From assembly GCA_964036045.1 (NCBI GenBank), contig OZ038379.1, positions 17,670,001-17,734,000 of the forward strand: a stretch of DNA of 64,000 bases, read 5' to 3'. The notes beneath the pieces are model-generated. The model made no database searches. It saw nothing but the letters and a program-made list of their open reading frames with translations, and was not told the DNA's origin. The translations under genes and the position numbers were made by a program. Every line of letters starts with the position of its first letter. Positions within the stretch are counted from its first letter, which is position 1. This document shows positions 35,902-48,570 of the stretch, piece after piece. The DNA comes from Eutreptiella sp. 'Long Island Sound 2002'. Taxonomy: Eukaryota; Protista; Euglenida.

Positions 35902-38759
35902 TAGTCGTCGCCTGGGCGATCTTACTGAACGGAAATGCACCCTTGGTGCAGTTTTTCATCCGTTCTATAAATCCTGCAAGGGGATATAAGATTAGCGACA
36001 AACATCAAAAGCTCAACAAAATCTGACAGACTGCAACGCAAAGTCTCCTCTTTTCAACCATAGTCCGCCAAGGGCGCAAACCATCTTTGCCTTGTGTCAC
36101 GCAAGGTTGCATAAGACGCGCGAAGAGCCACTAAATCGGCAATATCGAGGAAAGTATTGCATGAGGACCTTTGTCTTTTGCTCTTGTTTACTAGTATGGA
36201 ATTCCTCTCAAGAGCCTTTAGTTGCGAAACCTCAACCAAAAAAGCCAAAACAAATGTGGATGTCGAGGGTTGCGGCAGCTTACAATGCAGTGCAAGATCA
36301 CCCGGAAAGGGAAGAAGAATGCTTGGATCGAAGAAGGCTTTTCAATGTTGGTGACACATCCCCAGAAAACAATTTTTTTGAGGGAGACTTTGCAATTTTT
36401 TTCTCGTGAGTGTCCATGCAACACGACATCATTGGATAAGGATTGAAAGAAGATTTTGTAGTGGCTAATTGTAGATACGTTTGGCCCCGTCTGGCCACCC
36501 GGCCTTATTTGGCGAGTTACGCAGCGGGGGATATGGGGGGGGGTGGTGGTGAAAGGCCAAGCCGAGCTCTTACACGAAGTTGGACCGGATTGTTACCCTG
36601 AGTGAGGCTTTGAAATCCTTGGCGATCAAGTACAGGAAAAACGGGTGGCAGGTAGGTTGAGGTCCGATCCGCAATATGATCCTCGGGGGTAGGTGGGTCC
36701 TCGCACCTTTCCTATAAAGCCCACCCCCATGCCTGTTGCACAATGGATCACAAAACACTCTTTCGGCTTTATTGTTTTCCGCATCATATTTCATGCATCT
36801 GTGAGCACTTCATTGTCTTCCTTTCGTTGTTGATTCCATCGATGACTAAGCACAATAAGGATGCTAACCTATTATAATGAGGTACACCCAATGCCAAAAC
36901 CCTACAGTTGTCCGTACGGACGGACAATCCTGTGGGTCTTATTTACCCCTAGTTTGTCGCTACATACGAAACGTGCAACGAAAAAAAAGTGAATTTCTCA
37001 TCCGCTGCTCGATCCGGATCATTTTTGATCCAAATACTAGGCATTGGGGGGAGGGGGGTTGAGCGTGGTGATCCAAGAGTGATCCATGGATCGTTCTCGG
37101 GCCATTTTGCACATTGTACTTTCAACTGTATGCCCATGCTCTTGTGGACATGTGGATCAATTTCGCGGGATTTGGCTCAACTTTGAACCATTTTCTTGAC
37201 ACATTTTTTTGGGAAGATGGATCGTGGGCCTAATTTTGTGTGCCTTTGTTTCTATTTTCTTTTTCTTTTTTTGGATCATTGCTGTGAACATGAATTGGTG
37301 AATCATGTCTTTTTAAGAATCACATTTTGAGATCATATTTTTTCCACGCAAATTGGTGGATAATTTCTTTTTTGGAACTTACATTTTTGGATCTTTTTTG
37401 TTCACACAAATTGGTGCTTTGTACGTGCACTATGTGTTACTATTACTACCCGTTGGATCATTTTTCTTGATGACGAATTGGTAGATCACGTTTGTTTATG
37501 TGTTGGCTGGAGACACGCTCATGGAGGTAACTGCGCGGGTATGGTTGCAGGTTGCAGGTTGCATACGGTTTATGTTTGGGGGCTGTAAGGGTGGCGCCAT
37601 GCATGAGGACGACGGGTGCATGTGTGGTGGCATTGTAGATGACAATTGGTGTATGTGAATGCAGGTCACAGGGAGCAACAAGATGAGGTGTATGTGTGGT
37701 CGGCGGCAAATCAAGCCATCATATGGTCTAGACACAAGCAGTTTCATTGAATAAATAGCACCAAGTCACGAGCATAAACAAACAAAGTAATTTTACTCAA
37801 AATCTGCGGCCAGCACACTAGCATGGACGTCACGAGGGCAAAGAGAGCCGGCGATAAAGGGTCACCCCACTATATTCCTCTTGTCGGCATGAAGGTAGAA
37901 CAGGCTACTCTCAAAAGGACTCAATTTGGTACATGAATCCACGTGGCACTCCACGGTTGGACACGCTTCTTTTTGATGAGATCCGTCCTGAATCCCCCCC
38001 TCACCTAGTCAATCCACAGAAAAAGCATACATTTTCTGAGGGGAGGTATTGTGTTTGCTGCAATTTTTCTGAATTTTGAATTTTGCCCGGATGAATGTCC
38101 TCTGTACATGCAGTTGGGCAATCCAAAGGAGGATGGCACATTTCGTATGCATTAGCGGGCTTTTGTTGAACGGTGCACCGATCGACTTCGGTACCCATAG
38201 AGACCTATATAGTAGGCCCATGTGGCCCCCCAAAATGCCCCCAAATCGCTATTGTTGAGGTTGTTTTGTGGCACCTGACAATGCGTTAATAGAATTCACT
38301 CGGGGAAAAAAAAATGCTTTTTTTCAAAATTAATCTTTGGCCACGTGGGATGCCCAAACAAGTGTTTTCAGCCCTCTTTGAGATTGTGGTAGCCCTTCAA
38401 AATACACAACACCTTACAACGCGTAAATGCACTCCCGGTGAGTGCACTTTCAGTTTTTCTTTGATAGAACGCAACATGGGTTGATCACGAGGAGGTGCAC
38501 TTAGAACACCACATGGGTTGGATAGAACATGGCTTTTGTTTTCGGAGGAGAACGGAATGTGGCGTATTGTGTGTTGTGTTGTTGCCTCTCATTGTTGGTT
38601 TTACTTTTAGTCACTCTTTACGCTTGCTTTGGTTGTGCCATGTCCGAGGTCAATGTAGAATATGCATTCTAACTTTACGGACTTGTTTTTCCGATCCCAC
38701 ATTTGGCGCGTTTTGAATTTTCACCCCAGCTACTAATTGGGGGTTTAGGTCAAGGCCCC

Positions 38760-40015
38760 GGATGTTAGGTACGGAACAGTTGGGAAGGGGGGGGGGGGTG
38801 GCTCAAAACCGTTCTGGAACCACCATTCCCCAAGGGGGGGGGGTCAAATCCAATGTACTGTTCCGGAACAATCCGGAACAGTACTTGTGTCGATCCGCAA
38901 CAGTTTTTAGTTTTTAGTGCACTGCATACAAAGGTTCAGAGTAGAGTGCTTATGGTGACCACACAATTTTTCCCCCAAGAAGTTTCATTGCTCCTTGCTT
39001 TCCATTTGCATCCATGTCATATAACATCACAAGGTGCACCTTGAACAATTTTTTTCTGAAGACATTGAATTGGTTATTGATTTCTTTTGCCTTTTCAGGA
39101 CAACTTGTTGTACTTGGACAGGCTGGCTGAAAAAAAAGAAATGCACATAACAATACCTGAAACATTTTACAACACAACAGGGTGTGGGCTGTTCGTGAAT
39201 GGGGTTCCAAGGTTTGCCATTTCAACCAATTCGCTGCAGCACAATTACACATTTGTAGCGGATGTCTACGAGATGTCCGTAATCACCATCCCCTCCCGTC
39301 CCTCCTCCGGCTCCAGCTCTGCACCCCCCAAAAGTGGGCCAGCCAAAGTGGAAACAGGCACGTTTGCCCTTTGCAAAGCCAGACAAGAGTTCCGTACCAC
39401 CACAGAAATGTCCATTTTCCAGGAGAAGGATCAGGAGGTGCAGGTGGAACACAGTGCTGGTTTTACATGGCCTGTGACATATGTCCCCCGCCTGCCCCAT
39501 GTTGCATTGACCCGCAACCATCGGGGGGTCATTGCGTCATATAGCATCCAGGCAGATGAGGATGCAGCCCCTATGGGCATGGGCAAAGGCAAGGGGAAGG
39601 GCATGTCAGAAGACCGGACAAGGAGGCGGAGGGGGGGGGGTCCAGCCCCCCCCCCCCCTCTCTCTCCAACCTTGCATGTTTGCTAGCAATCAAAGCATGG
39701 AATACAACAACATGTGTGGCAATGTATTGTGCAGTGTGCAGTGTGCATAAGTACTGTGGGTCACACTGTGACACCGTAGCATTGAAGTTCAGGTCCAGAA
39801 AACTCATTTCCCTCTTCCCCTTCCTTCCGGTTTGGTCTTGGAAGACCACTACGGAACAGTTTGGGGGGGGGGGGATTTTTTTTGGCTCAAAACCGTCCCA
39901 TACCAACCGTTCCATGAAGGTGGGGGGGGGGTTGGCATTGATGAGGGTGGGGGGGGGGGGTATTAAAATTCTGGGATTTCATGTGGAACGGAACGGAATG
40001 GCGTACCTAACACCC
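38760..40015. mobile_element. TIR-bounded element carrying an open reading frame fragment
   Basis: 14-bp TIR GG(A/G)TGTTAGGTACG; repeated cggaacagtt(t)ggg...ggctcaaaaccgt near both ends; interrupts a gatccgcgatccgctccg repeat also present near 30020; TSD not resolved. Confidence 0.5.
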
Positions 40016-40410
40016 CCGATCCGCGATCCGCTCCGATCCTTAGGGGGGCGCATAATCAATCCCCTTTTGGTTGAGGTTGTTCTCTCGGCATGTGAATCCA
40101 AAACAACACCCCACAAGGCTATTCCCACTAGGTACCAGTGGCCAAGGTCAGGGAATACCAACCAGTTGGGCCTTGGTGCACATGTGCACTGCAAGGCAAG
40201 GCAATAAATAGCGAGAAGGCGAGTGAGTGCAACCATCCACGAAGCTTGACATGCTACCTTGACCTCAACCCGTGAGACCCGTTCTGCGCATAGCGCATCG
40301 TGCCCCACTATTGCAGCAAGCTTTCAAGGTGTCTTGCATAGTCTAAGCCCCTAAGCCCCACAGTCCCATGCATATGTAGTTGTGTGCTCTGCAGACATGT
40401 ACTAATTTCT

Positions 40411-41192
40411 ATGACCATGTTGCGTCCGTGCGGTTTCCTTCTCGTCATCTTGCTATGCCATGTGGTGGGCGCGGAGGAGGAGGGGTACATGCTGTATATG
40501 CCCGATGCTGGTCGGCGCATGAATTTGGGCTCGTTGTGGGACGCCCGCACACACCAGCCAGTCCACGGATTCCTGTGGGACCAGGACACCATCCAGCGCA
40601 ACACCGTGACGACACCAATAGACCACAGTCGATTGGAAGCGGTGTTCCTGGACGACTTCCGCTCCAAGACCACGCTGACGAGTGTCAGCCTTGAATTCAG
40701 TCTCGAGGTCAACCTGCTGCTCGTCAGTGCAAAGGTCACCTGCTCTATGAACTATCTGACCGACAAAAAACGGACTACAAAGGTGATCCGGATGACCACC
40801 GGCTTCACCACCCGCACGGTGAAGGAGACCATGGACGCCTTCGACGGGGACCCCATGCGCAATATGAACAAGTTTGCGTTGGGCTACTGTGGGCAGGTGA
40901 ATCCGGACTCCTGCAAGCACGCCACGCACGTGGTCACGGGCGTGACCTACGGGGCGAACGTGTACGGCGTGTTTGAGACGGGCTTCGAGGACGAAAAGAC
41001 GAAAATCAGCAACACTTTCAAGCTAAAGATTAAGGTCAGCGCTCTTGGGATCGGGGTCGGCATTGAAGAGTCCAAGACTTTCACGGACGACTCCGCCAGC
41101 AGCTCTTCGTACACGACGGTGTCGTTTTTCGGCGATATAATTGTGGACGAGGAGACCCCCCGGGACCCTGAAGGTGCTGCTGCCTTCATCAG
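40411..41192 (+). CDS. Gene B exon 1: signal peptide + SNTX-type MACPF/CDC domain
   Basis: MTMLRPCGFLLVILLCHVVGA (signal peptide); GRRMNLGSLWDARTHQPVHGFLW; SMNYLTDKK; HATHVVTGVTYGANVYGVFE; VSFFGD; donor atc ag|gtgctg. Confidence 0.9.
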
Positions 41193-44100
41193 GTGCTGTT
41201 CCATGCTGCACCCCTGTGACCGTCGCTATCATAGTCACGTCGCGGTCGCAGGGGTTGCCTGCGTGTTTTTTTGTGTGTTCGTCGGTGTACATGGCCTTGG
41301 AAAGCCCCACACACGCGCCCCAGCATGCACACCTTTGGCCCACGGTGTGCCCGCATGCAATGGCCAGTCCTTTCGCTGCTTCAGCAAAACCCGGCACCGA
41401 TTTCCTCTGTCCCCTGAAAGCGGGGTAGTATGGTGATTGCAACGGGTCATGATACAATGAGGCAACTCTAAATCTCAGTGGCGATTGTAGCTCAATGATA
41501 AGAGCCGCCGACATGCAGCCGGGTGTCGCGGGTTCGACTCCCGCCAATCACCTGGTGGACTCGGCCCTCTGATGAGGGTTGTCCCCTCCCAAGCTATCGT
41601 GGTGAGACTCGCTGCCTGTCACTGCGAATCCGAGCTGGGCACTAATCCCGCGCTGATCACCGTAACATCCGGGCTAGTTGCCGTGACACCAACAGCACAC
41701 TGGTGGGTGGCTAGTGCCGGTGGGTGGTTCGCGTGGTGGTGGGTGGCTGGCTCGCAGTAGTGACAGATCAGGTTTGGGCATTTTAACTCATCTTCTTTTT
41801 CTTCGCATTTACAATTAGTGCTGGGCTTCAGGTTGGTTTTGCCAACCGATCCCAGCGCTTTATCTGCCAGAACTTGGGTGCTGCCCCACATGAATCTTTT
41901 TTGTGCTTAATTTTCATATTTGACAAACCAATTGGTGTAATGTTGGGCGGAATGCATGCAGCACACCAACGTGTCTTGCAGTGTTTACACGCTGTGGGGA
42001 GAGCCAACAAAAGAGGTTATCAATTATACTTTGTCCGCCTTCCTTCATTTGGAATTAAGACGGTGGCCTTGTTGCTGGGGGCCAAAAAGTAGGCAGTTAG
42101 AGCGCTGTGGGATTGATCGGTTGGCACAGCCAACCTGACAGAAGAAGAAAAAATAAAATGCCCGAGCCTGACCTGTCAGTGGCCGTGGCCATGGCCTCTA
42201 TGACCCATGCTGATGTACGCCGCGAGTCACTGCCATCTTTGCATGCAATAGACATGCCTTCAATCAAGAGCGGGTCCGATCAGAACCACGCGGCATTTCC
42301 CACCCCAGGGGAGAGTAGTTGTTTCTAATGTGTTCGAAAGCCTCACTGGAGGTGTACATCTGTTTCGGGTTTCACAGGGGTTTGGGCAAAGGTTTGCATG
42401 CATGCGTTATTTGTGTCCCCCTCGGGAGTTGTGGGAACCCCGTGTTTGGTGTCTGCTGCCCGAGTGCGCGCAGTGCAAGCCCCCCCCCCCCCCCCAAGTT
42501 CGGGAGCACTTTGATACGTGCTGTCTCCCAAAAGCGTGATTATCCCGTGAACGTGCACAACGCACTTTCCACTACGCTCTTTCCACTCCTGCTGGGTTGC
42601 CCCAGTTGCCCTACTACGCGCGCGTGGCACGTGTTACGATTTGGGGCAGAGTACACACAAAAAGAGTGCGCGCACAGCGCAAGTCCCCGCCCCCCACCTC
42701 GGCTGGATGCCCGGTTAGCCTTGCGACCGACCTGCGACAGTGTACCCCCAGTGCAGCTCTCTCAGCACCAAAGACGGGATGACCGATCTACGATCAACGA
42801 AACACGATGCACACTTCCCTTCAGGTCGTTGCCGTCGAAGACGCCAAATATGGGCAAAGGAGTGCCCATGGACTTGGAGCTGACCCCCTTGGTCTGGCTC
42901 GATAGCAAGGCTGCGAAGCTCCAGGCGCAGATCAGTTTCGACACTTTAGAGCGGCTTGTGGACATTATTGACAAAGTCGACGAGTCGGATGCAGAGATTC
43001 TGGATCTCCTCAAGTGTGTTGCACTGACGGATGGGGAGAGGCTTTGGCGAGCTCGGACCAAGGCTCAAAATCAGCGCGATGATCATCACTTTGGGCGATG
43101 GATGTTGGATGAAAAAATCTGTCAAAATTTCAGAAGGCGCTTTGTTGTCCTGCCTGTTGTCTGGCGCCTTTGGGGCCCAGTTTTCATGGTTCCTCATGGT
43201 GGAGGTTTGGGAGGTCCAGAGGGGAGTGTAGGAGTCCACCTTAATGCCCCTGCCCCGCAGTGAGCGTACCCTTGCATCCATAGAGTCAGACCGGTCATTC
43301 GAGTTTTGGACATGTCGAAGTTATGGTATCTTGTGCCTGTCCCCTTCTTGAAGCCTGTTGGGATCAAAGATCACGTGCCAGCTCCGTAGGCCTACAGAGG
43401 ACGCTGCCTGGTAATCAGGCCCAGACTGTTACGCGCGTAGGTTACGGGACGATCTGTGCCTCCGCGGATGCAGACCAATGGTTGTCTTAATTCTTTTTCT
43501 GGGGCTTGGATTCGCAAGGCACCACACCACACCACACCACACCACACCACAACACACCGCACCGCACTACACTGCACCGCACCATACCACACCACAGCAC
43601 ACCACACCACACCACGCCTCACCACACCACCGCACCACACCCACAACACACCAGCCAGTCCACACATTGCACCTCATGCATGCCAAATCCTTTGCCGCGA
43701 GACAGAGGTGTGTTGGGCAGTGAAGGCCTCGCTGGCTGATCGTTTGTTTTTCGAGGCCAAAAACAGGCACTGTGTATTGTGTGGGTGCTCAGCCGTTGCC
43801 ATTTTGGCAGAACAGCTGAGATTTTCATGGGGCAACTCAAAGAAGACCCATTTTCGAAAGAAAGTCATCACCGCCGCTCATTCGACTGCAAAAATCGCTT
43901 TTACTGGTCGAGTGCTGTCGGTAACTGCCCGCAAGCGTTGCAGTCTGTGTTTTCTTGCCTCTGGCCTTTCTTTCATTGTTAATGCTGCCCTCTGTGCCGT
44001 TTTTGCAGGTTACAGTACGGCCCGTTTAATGCGTGGAAATTGATTGCTGACGCCTATTACAACAGGTTTTGGATATGGCGAGTCGATTATTACGCCAGGA

Positions 44101-44311
44101 TCAAGGCAGGCCTAGATGAGGTCCGCTCGGGCGCTGTTCTTGATGAGCAAAAACTGTTGGCCTTAGAGCAGGAATACCTGCAAGCGGAATTTTCTGACAT
44201 TATGGTGTTGATGTGGACAGAGGATATGCAGGTCTCCATCCCCTTGCGGCTCCTTCTTTCCACTCCCGGGCTCCCCCATTCCTTGACATACATGGAGACC
44301 TCGAGCTGCCA

Positions 44312-44345
<34 letters not shown>

Positions 44346-46707
44346 CTCATCAAGCCCTTACGCACCACACACAAGCCCTCAACAACCTCCATCAATCCTA
44401 ACGATCCTCTCCAATCCTTGGAAACCGCGCAATCCCTTAACAGCGCTCACCCCCGGGGGGGGCGACTCCGCGGGTCCTAGGACGCCAACTACCCCCCCCC
44501 CCCCCCAAGGGGCCTCCGGTCGACAGTTAGTTGTCAAAGGTATGAGCCCAAGGAGCCAACGGGCGCCGAAGGCGCCCAATGGGGTTATGTAGCCACCTTG
44601 CCCACTTGTGGGCCCTTTTCTGATTCTGTCCCCCGCTCTGAGGCGTTGGGGATCCCCTAGGCGGCAGGGGTTATGTAGCCACCTTGCCCACAAGTGGGCC
44701 AATTCTGATTCTGCCCCCCCGCTCTATAGCGGTGGCTATTTGGGCGTCTGGCCGTACTAGAGACCCATACTTTGAGATACTAGGGGCCCCTAGGGGCATC
44801 ATGGTGACCCCCGGCGTAGGTTTTGAGTTCTGATTTTGTTCCCTTTGTTGGGGACCCCCGAGAATGCAGGGGTGATGTAGCATTTCCGCCCTCTTTTGGG
44901 CCCCAACCGTCCGGTGCTATTGAGGAAACCGGGACAATCTTTGAATCCACGCTTTGTTGCGTGGTGCATCAGGGTGACCCCCGGCGTAGGTTTTGACTTC
45001 CGATTTTGTTCCCTTTGTTGGGGACCCCCGAGAATGCAGGGGTGATGTAGCATTTCCGCCCTCTTTTGGGCCCCAACCATCATGGTGAGATGTAGCCAAT
45101 TCACCGGACCCGGCATCTGAAGATCCCTGCCTCGAGCTTTCATACCCCGGCTCGAGGAGGAGGCAATCAGGGGCTTGGAGATCCCTGCCTCGAGCTTTTC
45201 CCCGGCTCGAGAAGGAGGCATTCAGGGGCTTTCTTTCTTCTTTTCCTTTCTCGTAGGCGTAGGCGTAGGCAGGGGTGACGTAGCCACCTTGCCCACAAGT
45301 GCCCGCCTTGCCCGCTTTTTTGGAAGTGGGTGCCGTCCCCGCCATACCAGAGGATGACCCTCTGCCACCACCAAGTGATGTTCCAATTCTTCTTGGGGCG
45401 CCACCCATCGCATCTCAGTCCTGCCACACGCCCTGTCATGGCTTTAGGCCCCCTGAGACACCCCCTGAGTATATACCCCTAAACTATCCCATCCAGTTGC
45501 ATGCCCACAAATATCGGCAGCTGCATGGGCGCAAGATGGATTGGCATTTCCTGTCCGACATGTTGCACTTCAAGTCGAACCAATGTTCCGACTGGGGGGT
45601 TGATGGACAACCGTGCGATGCGTGTACTCAACTACGCTCCAACCAAGAGTTGAAAGGGCTGATGGCAGTTGCAACCAACCCCAAGCCAAACACCCCTCTC
45701 CAGTACCTAGGCTTTGAGGCTTTGAGGCAAAGGTACGAGGCTGCCCGTAAGGGTCGGGGTGCTAGTTTTTTCGAAATCAAAAAACTACAAAAGCAGGTCC
45801 TTCCCATGAAGGAGCGCTTAACATTGTTTGACCGAATGGTCACTGCGATGCGCACCAATGACTTGCCACGCTTGGCGGCCATAATGCGCAAAACACATGA
45901 ATGGGGTTGGGGGTTGAAGAGGCTTGTGCCCCTCTTGGAGGATGCGTCGCGGGCCAACCGCATGCATTTCAGTGCAGATGAAAGACGTTTGGCAATCTTG
46001 TTATATCGGTTGGCCGGTCCAGCAGGACTAAACGCCCTCAGTGCTGAAAAGCTTTTGCCCTCCGTCTACCACAGCCGCTCGCTGGCTCGCCGAGATTGCA
46101 TACCTGTCTCTCACTCCATTTCTATCGAGGGCCCAAAGGCTGCTTTCCAGCCTTTGGAACGTGCCCCAATTTGTGTGCATACGGATGAGATGTCCATCGT
46201 GCGCAAGTTGATTGCCGGCCCAAACAACACGTTGGAAGGTGTGTGCGATTGTGCTCCACATCCCCTCCGAGGCATCTTCCGGGGCGGAGCGTTCTCGCCC
46301 GTTGCAGAGTGTAGGGAGGAGGAACCAGGTGTTTAGTTGGCAGCCAAAGAAGAGGTCGGCCGCCGCAGCATATGATTCTGATAGCTCATCAAGTGAAGGT
46401 GAGTTATTTAAGTAAGGGCTTTTTCCTGTGCCCTTATTAGGTCGATACGTAGAAAGTGTTCCAAGGAGCCACTCTTGGTCTTAGGCCCCTCCCTCCTTAG
46501 GTCGATCCGTAGAAAGTGTTCCAAGGAGTCAATCTTGGTCTTAGGCCCTTCTTTTTCATTCCTCGAAACGTTTGGGGAGAAGGCTGCTGCAAGTGTGGTG
46601 TAAGCGGGGAGGGGTGATGTACCATCATGGCGGTGTGGTCCGAGGCCACCGCCCCGAGTTGCTATGACCACACGTTTGCAGTTGCATTCCAACCCCTATA
46701 TATATGA

Positions 46708-46741
<34 letters not shown>

Positions 46742-47250
46742 CTTTGTATGTATGTATGTATGTCTTGTGGCATGGTGTAACTCTAATCCCATGGCCGCCT
46801 CAGGAGCCCACCCCCCTGAGGTTCCCAGTGTGGCTGGGAATACCCAAGCCGATGATACCCTACCCTCTATTGTGGGAAGGGGCGGTGCGAACTGTCGGAT
46901 CACACCTGGGCCGCATACCCAACTGTTCGGAGGTGCCCGACACCCCCCCCCCCCACGGGAACCCCGGGAACCCCCCCCCCCCCCGGGAACCGCCCTCCCC
47001 GGCGCCCCTCCTAGACCCCCCCCTCCAAGCCCCCCCCTAGGGGCCTTCGGCCAACAGTTAGTTGGGGGGGTAGTTGGCGTCCAGGACCGAGGGGTCGCCC
47101 CCCCCCGTGCGCTCACCCAATTGCAATATCTCTTGCCAACCCTCCCGCTGCTCGACGTAGGAGATAGGAGATAGCATCGCGGTTTGTTTTTTGGTGGAGA
47201 TTGGATTGGCTTGGCACAAGGACACACGCACACACACATTCACACACACA

Positions 47251-47309
<59 letters not shown>

Positions 47310-48537
47310 CAGCCAAGACCCCAGGCTCTATTCTCAGGGTGGGCACAGCTATTTGACCGGGAGAAATGACAAGGCCTTGAACACTGCCCAACAGCCTACC
47401 CAGAGGTCGTGGGTTCGAACAGGGGTCTGACACCGATGGTTGGTAAACGGCAGCCGTATGCTAGCGTGTCGGCGAGTATGCCCCGAAATTCCTCAACCGT
47501 CGTCGATTGAAGTGCTTGTAAACTGGGGCAGCCCCCGCCCCGAACTGCCGGGGAACACCACGCCCCTTTGTACCCAACCCAACCAATTCCTCCGATGATC
47601 ATGCGGCGCCTGCGACACCAAAGTCCTCCCTCGTTGGAGGATAGGGGTAGCCTGCAGATTGGGTGCCGAGGTGACCCTACCCTTCCCCTGCGGGGGCCAG
47701 TGGCTTGTGGGGCCTGGCATCGGGGGTGTGGGTCGGTTTCTGGGAGCAGAGCCCCAAGCAGGTGCTTCCCTGCCAGCCTAGGACAAGATTCCAGCCACCA
47801 ATTGCCAGACAACCCTGCTCAGCGACTGCTGCAGGCTGGCAGTGCAGCCAGCCGTAGAGCGCACCTGTTGTGTATGTGATAGCATGTGGGTCCTGGTTCA
47901 GCGGGGGATATTGTGGGGACAGAGGCGCCGCCATGATGCCTCGCTGCTGTCGGCCGCTGCGGCCACCACAACGGCACGTGCACTTCCGCCTGCGTGGTCC
48001 GTTACGCACCATAGGGTTGTCATGCGGCGTCAATCACTGGCCTAACATCCTCCTCCTCCTCCTGCTGCGAAGATGGGGGCCGCCCCCACTAACACCCATA
48101 CCTTCTCCCAAAGTTTGGGGAGTGGGCCACCCGTGCCGTCATACTCAGACCCACCCTCACATCCACATACCCTCATACGCATGGGCCCGGAAACCGAAAA
48201 CCTCCCCTCATGGAGCCCGTCCCGCCCCACTGTGGGCGGACCCAGCCCGCCGCGGTGGCCGGCAGGGGGACGGTACATCCTGCACCCCCCAGCCCACCCA
48301 CCTTCCACCTGCACACTCCGCTGGTGCAAGACACTGCCAGCGTTTCTGGAAAGACAAAACACCCCCAGCGATCGGCATCTGAAGGATGCGTACACCGCGA
48401 GTACAGAGCCTCGCGCTGTGCGCGGGCCCTGTCGCGAGGCTCCAGACCAGAGCGACCCTCCTACATTTAACTGATCTTGTCAGGGAGAACTCGGTAACAC
48501 ACACACACACACGCGCGCGTACACACACACACACACA

Positions 48538-48570
<33 letters not shown>

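Noticed and set aside
29985-40060. Single 10-kb element defined by inverted cggagcggatcgcggat repeats
   Set aside because: It would enclose exons 1-2 of gene A and has no TSD; two independent copies of a dispersed repeat explain it better.
41480-41640. HDV-like ribozyme behind the tRNA-like head (P1 GCGATTG/CTATCGT, L3 TCCCCTCC, GG, P4, CGAA, P2 CTCGG/CCGAG)
   Set aside because: P2 is separated from P3 by an extra hairpin, L3 lacks the conserved G, and P1 has a mismatch. The fold does not satisfy the canonical topology, though an Infernal or RNArobo scan could revisit it.
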